DNA from: Spizellomyces punctatus DAOM BR117
Taxonomy: Eukaryota
Assembly (NCBI GenBank): GCA_000182565.2
Contig: KQ257470.1
Reading direction: 5' to 3' (one strand)
DNA length: 64,000 nucleotides
Made by a program: the position numbers and the translations under genes. Under the pieces are notes generated by a model that was not told where the DNA came from, ran no database searches, and was given only the letters and a program-made list of their open reading frames with translations. How positions within the stretch are numbered: the stretch's first letter is position 1; every line of letters begins with the position of its first letter. Shown one piece after another: positions 58,044 through 64,000 of the stretch.

Positions 58044-59179
58044 ATGTTTCCTATCGGCTACATTCGCGTTCCCCGCTCCACATGGTCGGTTGGGAGGCGG
58101 TTTTACTCGTCGGGTGAGGTGTTCGTGTTGTAAACTTTGTAACAAACCCGGTCGACTGACATTTATTAATGCTTATAGAGATTAAAAAGGTGGATACAAA
58201 GCCTGCATACTTGCCAATATCATAATGCCTAATGTTTCACTGTTGCCTTCTCCAGACCATTGGCTTTATCGGATTGGGTCAGATGGGCTATCCAATGGCA
58301 CAGAATCTCCATGAAGCGACAAAGAACACTCACAAATTCATCATCTACGACAATAATGCGCGCGCTACGACAAACTTTACCAGCTCCAATTCTGGCACAA
58401 AAGCAGCGTCAACCCCGCGGGATGTTGCTGCAGAATCTGATATTCTTTTCACCATGCTCCCAGCCTCAGCGCACGTTCGCGCCGTTTATGAAGGATCTGA
58501 CGGTGTTCTAGAAGGGGTTACTCCTGGTACTATATGCGTCGACTGCAGTACGATCGATGTGCGGACCGCGCGGGACGTCGCCAAGAACGTGGAAGCCAAG
58601 CAGGCCGTCATGTTGGATGCACCTGTGTCAGGCGGCACACCTGCAGCTCAAAATGGAACACTGACGTTCATGGTTGGAGCGCCTCAAAGCCAGTTCGAAG
58701 GTGTCAAAGAGTTCTTGCAGAAGATGGGCAAGAATGTCTTTTATTGTGGCGAAAACGGGACTGGGCAAGCCGCCAAAATCTGCAATAATATGATGCTCGG
58801 TATCTGCATGGTGGGGGCATCTGAGACGTTTAATTTGGGACTTCGCCTTGGCCTTGAACCTGAACTGCTGAACAAGATATTGAACACGAGTTCTGGCCGA
58901 TCGTGGAGTACAGATACGTACCACCTGGTCCCAGGGTTGAATCCAAACGTGCCTGCAAGTAAAGATTACGAGGGGGGATTTGGAGTTTCTCTAATGGCAA
59001 AAGATTTGGGACTGGCTGTGTCAGCCGCCACCGAAGTAAAGAGCTCTGTTATGTTGGGTTCCGCCGCGGAGCAACTCTACAAGATTATTGCTGGAACAGA
59101 AGGGTATGAAAAGAAGGACTTTTCCGTCGTTTTCCGGTGGTTAGGTGGCGAAAAGATTGGAAAGGGAAAAGGAAAGTGA
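58044..59179 (+). CDS. HIBADH: 3-hydroxyisobutyrate dehydrogenase, mitochondrial
   Basis: IGFIGLGQMGYPMA, DAPVSGG, GTLTFMVG, GQAAKICNN, NTSSGRSWS and YEGGF..LMAKDL. The 5' exon looks like a presequence. Confidence 0.93.
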
Positions 59180-59583
59180 TAAGGGATGCCTAGGAGAATG
59201 GATACATGGTTTACGGTTGCTCTAGAATCTGCGTATAGGATCTTTGGTGATCTCCCATAGAAAACTACAATTTTGGGTATTACGCTGCTCGTGCACTCTT
59301 ATTTGCAACCTTTCTCTGGCGATGGCGATTGTCATACACCTGCATTTCGTACTTTTACGTATGATGCACTCTCCTGAATACTTCAAGACTGTCAAATTGC
59401 CGAGCATATCGCAATTACTAGGATCGTCATAGCTGAGCAAATGCAAATGTACGGGGGGCTGTGTAGTTGATTTTACCCTTTTCGTGACTGTGCATGACAG
59501 TTATGGTCAAGCTACCAGTGAGACTCTCGAGTCTGAACACCGAACGAGATCACCAAATCGAACACGACAGAATCCAGCACACA

Positions 59584-60412
59584 ATGTCACAGCAACAGCA
59601 ACAGATTGATCCCATGCAAATCCCGCTGCCTCAATTGAAGGCTATGCACAATACCATTGGCGAGGTACTTTCCACGTCCAAAACCGTTCTTGATCCTCGC
59701 GGCTGATCATAAGCGACATCCTCCTGCACGTGTAGGAAATTGAGACGTTCACAAACTCTTTTGCGCAACTCAAACAAGTCCATGCCAAGTATAATGACTG
59801 TATGGAGAGTCTTGGATATATGACGCCAAAGAGTGAAGGTATGGAAGTGTAATTCCGAACGCAAGATCGTTTCGAAAGATTCACCACATTGTGTCTCTCG
59901 ATCAGGCAAAACGCTCCTCGTCCCGCTCACAAGTTCAATATCCTTCAACCTTTATGCTTTGATCGTTTTTTATTTCTTTTAGCAATATCATGTGTCCTTA
60001 ACTCCTTCCACACTTGTATGTACCAGGAGAGCTCGCAGACTTGGAAAACGTGATACTGGATGTTGGAACCGGGTATTACATCGAAAAGGTACGTGAACTC
60101 TCAACGATGAATTCATGTTTGTGTATCTAATTATCGAAATTTGGTTAGCCAATCCCCGAAGCAAAGGATTATTACAAACGAAAGATCGAATATGTCAAGA
60201 GTAACCTTGATAAATTGCAGGAAACCATTAATGATCGCCGAAAGCGGTATGGAGGTATGTTTTCGAACCGTTTCGATCGTCAACTAGAGTTGAGGCGTCT
60301 GGATGTGCCTTCTCACGCAATTGTTTCCTTTGCAGATTTGACAGATTTGATCAATTTGAGGGTAGCTTTGCTACAGAAGGAACAAGGGCAGGCTGGGAAG
60401 GCTCAGGCTTAG
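59584..60412 (+). CDS. PFDN5: Prefoldin subunit 5 (alpha)
   Basis: LPQL...EIETFTNSFAQLK...LLVPLTSS|LYVPGELADLENVILDVGTGYYIEK...AKDYYKRKI. Confidence 0.92.
59938..60013 (+). other. U12-type AT-AC intron in PFDN5
   Basis: 5' end ATATCCTT, branch TCCTTAAC (59995-60002), 3' end CAC. Removal restores VPLTSS-LYVPG in frame. Confidence 0.93.
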
Positions 60413-60736
60413 TAACGTAAACTGTATAATATATATCCTAGAAGCAATTTGAGCGGACAAGATATACCGAGGTTTGACCAATATGCTCAAGGTCGGGAAG
60501 GAAGTCCAGCCATTGAGAAAAGATGTCGTGGAGTGTGGGTTGGCTGGAGTACATCGTAACAAGATCTCTACTCGAGTTGCTCACTTCTCATCCAGGCGAC
60601 CGAAATGAGTTTATTGCAAGGTACAGATTCGTATGATTATTGATAAGGAAATCAAAGTACTCGAAGAGCACTAAAGGCATTAAACTAAAGTATAATACAG
60701 GAATTACTGAAATAACGTGAAAGTGAACATGATGTC

Positions 60737-61480
60737 CTACCCCTCTTGTCGGGGTACGACTTTGACGGATAACATCAGCCCGTCTCCATCAGGAGATATC
60801 AGGACGTCTGATGGCCCTGTTTCATAGTAGGAATGCCGTCTGCTAGCGGGTGAATCCAAAAGGATGACATGTAGTTCCGGTTCGGAAGGCGCTGATTCGC
60901 CAAGACCGTAACGAGGGTGTACCGCAACATTTCCCGCTCCCAGGATTTGGAAGCGAACATTCTTGGGAGCCCTGGCATTCCATTCAACCAGTATCCGATT
61001 GACCTCCGACTGCAATGACATCAAGGGCTTAGTAATCATTGGACCGCTTCCTCAAGACCCATGTCCGCCACTCACCTCAACAGTATCCAAAAGATCAGCA
61101 AACCATGCTCGCGCAAGTATAGGTTGCAGTGCCCATAGAGCCACCGTCAGCGCTACACAAATCCCACCCGCCCAATACGCATTTTCTTTGATTGCTAACC
61201 ACAAGCTCAGCGCGCATACAATGGCACCGAACGTCGCCAACAAAAGACAAAATCCGACGTATTTACTACGTCGACGATCATGCGCTGATCGAAGGAGAGC
61301 ATTTAGAGCGGCAACATGGGAGCGGTAGAGAGGGGAAGGAAGGGTATCTTCAAGAGCAGACGGTAGGTCAAACGAGAATGTTGGCGGCGTGGTCAATGTG
61401 GCAGGAGTGTTTGGATATATGACAGTCGCGGCACCATCACCGGTGATTATTCGTTGTGGGGCTCGACGGGGAGGTCTTCT
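60737..61480 (-). CDS. Hypothetical two-TM membrane protein; start not resolved
   Basis: ORF 61052-61396 has two TM helices and joins ORF 60737-61039 through a GTGAGT...TTGCAG intron. Confidence 0.5.
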
Positions 61481-61970
61481 TGGCTGTTGTCATTGGCGTG
61501 GACAAGAAATGACCCTGTGATCTCAGTAGTTGGACATATCGTCGAAATTGCACTCATTTTGAACGCACCTGCTCGCTCCCCAAAAGCGGTGAGAACTCCA
61601 ACCTGTCGCTTGCCTCATCCTCACCCACACCGAAATGCTCCAAAAATCTTTGCCAGCTTTTTGGGCGTTCGCGCTGTGGCATGTTGGGATGAGGGCCAGC
61701 GGGTGGTGGCGGAAGGTCAACCATCACTTATCCAGAATTCTCCAGCCCACCAGAGCCAGTGGTCACGTGATTTATTATTCACAGCTTGTGACGGTCTTGC
61801 AGGTAGTTTCTCGTACGGCGACATTACCCCACAAATGACTCATGCTGGCTTAGCCAATTGAAACGCTGCTGATTCCCCCAACCGATCTTTTGCCCTCAGG
61901 CACTCAAAAGGCCCTTCGACAATGCTTCATATCTCTTGACGAGGAGCAAAGGATACCTTTCACGGAAGCC

Positions 61971-63846
61971 ATGGCCACCCCTCAGGGTGACAGTACAAGC
62001 GGGCCCGAGGTGCAGACATATGCCATTGAGCTTGCGGATGATGCTTGCACTATTGGACCTAAAGACGCTGCAGACGAGGATGCGAAACTTGTCCGTAAAT
62101 GGTTCTACTGGAATATTGGCTGTGTGGCTCTCGCTTGGGCGCTGGGTTACATTGTCCAGTTTATTCATGTCTCTGGTATGTCCCTGACTCGCCGGGTGTA
62201 AATACCGACTTATGTACTGACTTTTCATTTTCAAAGCTACCGTGGTCATTGCCAAAAAGTTGATCGGGAATGATCAGTTATCTACCATTCCCTTGGGCTT
62301 CATGTCCTTTGGAACTATTCTCGCTTCATTTCCATTATCACTACTTGGCGAACGGTAGAGTGAATACATGGCTTCAATATGTCGAACTGCTAACATCTCT
62401 TAATGTCGTCATGCTCAGCGTCGGTATGCGGTGGTCATTTCTGTTGGCGAGCTTTACGGGTCTTGTTGGGGCATTTGTGGCATTTTCAGCCTTGTATATT
62501 GGATCCTTTCCCTTACTTTGCACTGCGCTCTTTTTACAAGGCGCTTTCATGGCTGGTACTCAAGTAAGACTCTCTATTGATGATCCCGTCTCGTTATCTG
62601 CCTTCCTAAAATGTGGGGCCTATTAGCTCCTTAGATACACAGCGAAAACGCTGTCCCCACCTGAATATGTCTCCCGTGCCCTCTCCGTTATTGTTGGCGG
62701 GGCGGCTCTGGGCGCCGTGGTAGGACCCAACATTGCAAAATATACCGAACATACAATCCATTCTGTCCAATATGGTGGCGCATATGTAGTCATGGGAGGT
62801 TTGAATGCCCTTATGATGATTGCTATTTTGTTAATTGTAGGTATATTAAGAGTTGTCGAAGAATGTACCATCTTGGCTAATATTTTCGCTCATTATAAAG
62901 CGCTTTCCACCACGAAGAAGCGAGGTGACTATCAAGACGCCAACAGAGGGCGTGGTAGCATCTAGGGAGGAAGAAACACGATGGACGATTGTCCGCCGTT
63001 TCCTTCGAAATGCAAACTCTCAGATTGCACTGATTGCCGGGACAGGTACGCCATGCTGACTACCATATAGAAAGCGTTAACACTATCTCATAAACTGTAT
63101 TGCAAAGTGTCGTACATGATCATGGTGCTCTTTATGGCACCAGTACCACGTAAGTCGTAGCCACATAAGAGACGTTTTACGCCGGGCACTTGTCAATTAA
63201 TCTCTGCAACGGCAGTATCCATGCTCGACAATAACTACACATTCCAAGACCAAGCAAACGTTCTAATGAGCCATATTTTGGGAATGTTTGCGCCGTCGCT
63301 TTTCACTGGATACCTTATTGAGAAAGTTGGCACGATGAGGATGATTGCGCTTGGATTTGGCTTTTTGATGATTGGTGCAGGTACGGTTTAGGGGAACTAA
63401 TCTGAGTTGTGTTGGCTCAATGTGCTGAATTATCTTTGCTTCAATGCACGCGTCCAGGCACCCTACTCGGCGGCCAGACCCTTGCCATCTACTTTATCGG
63501 TGAAACTTTTGTCGGACTTGGATGGAACTTTGCGTACGTTTCCGCCTCCGCACTCATCACAACTCTCTGCAAGACACGCAAAGAATCAACAACGATACAA
63601 GGACTGAATGAAACAGTAATAGCCATCTCTGCCGCTATATTTACATTAGCTAGTGGGGCCATTTATAGAGGCATTTCTTGGAATCCGTTATTATGGTTGG
63701 GCTTGGCTTTTTTGGGCTGTAGCTCTTTAGTGATGATCGGGATCTGGCTGGGGGCAAGCAGGTGGGATTGGAAAGATCTAGACAGTACGACAAAGGGCGT
63801 TCGGACTATAGTATGGCGGCCGGAAAAAGCGCCATCTATGGCCTGA
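61971..63846 (+). CDS. MFS transporter resembling the bacterial RfnT (riboflavin transporter) group
   Basis: LRYTA...SRALSVIVGG..LGAVVGP, SYMIMVLFM..VP, HILGMFAPSLFTGYLI and GLGWNFAYVSASALI...IQGLNE. Multiple GT-AG introns. Confidence 0.75.
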
Positions 63847-64000
63847 TTTGAGTCTATCCAATTGTTTAATTGTTCTTTAAGAAACCTGTCAATCCAGTTG
63901 TCCAGCATCATTTTGAGAATCTTGTCAAGGAGTACTTATTCATGTATTCGGCGCGGATGACAAGCGGTCGATCGGCAACGCTGTCTCCGTCTTGGATCAC

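Overview
Intron-rich eukaryotic DNA, most likely from a flagellated early-diverging fungus (chytrid-like). The basis is a Zn2Cys6 transcription factor and FluG occurring together with ciliary genes, a lysyl oxidase and a U12 AT-AC intron. About 17 spliced genes are supported: an atypical AGC kinase, a phospholipase B/SGNH lipase, a lysyl oxidase, FAM183/CFAP144, a DUF4062-NACHT protein, a ~3000-aa CH-CH/rod/GAR spectraplakin-like protein, a Zn2Cys6 TF, a multi-PAS hybrid histidine kinase, FluG, a DHA1 MFS pump, a mitochondrial carrier, an SLMAP-like FHA protein, a TM-BAG protein, HIBADH, prefoldin 5, a small membrane protein and an RfnT-like MFS. A ~10 kb intron-poor accessory island (about 40.6-50.3 kb) interrupts them. 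It holds a degenerate Ycf45-like ATPase, its fold-back pseudogene bounded by a 64-bp inverted repeat, recurring hairpins, a 23-bp tandem repeat, two PD-(D/E)xK nuclease-like genes and a secreted orphan. Main points: the island, an apparently obligatory 1-nt exon, a minor-spliceosome intron, the spectraplakin-like gene, the LOX, and a TF/sensor-kinase/FluG/exporter block. All exon boundaries and family calls were made by eye; no database search was run.
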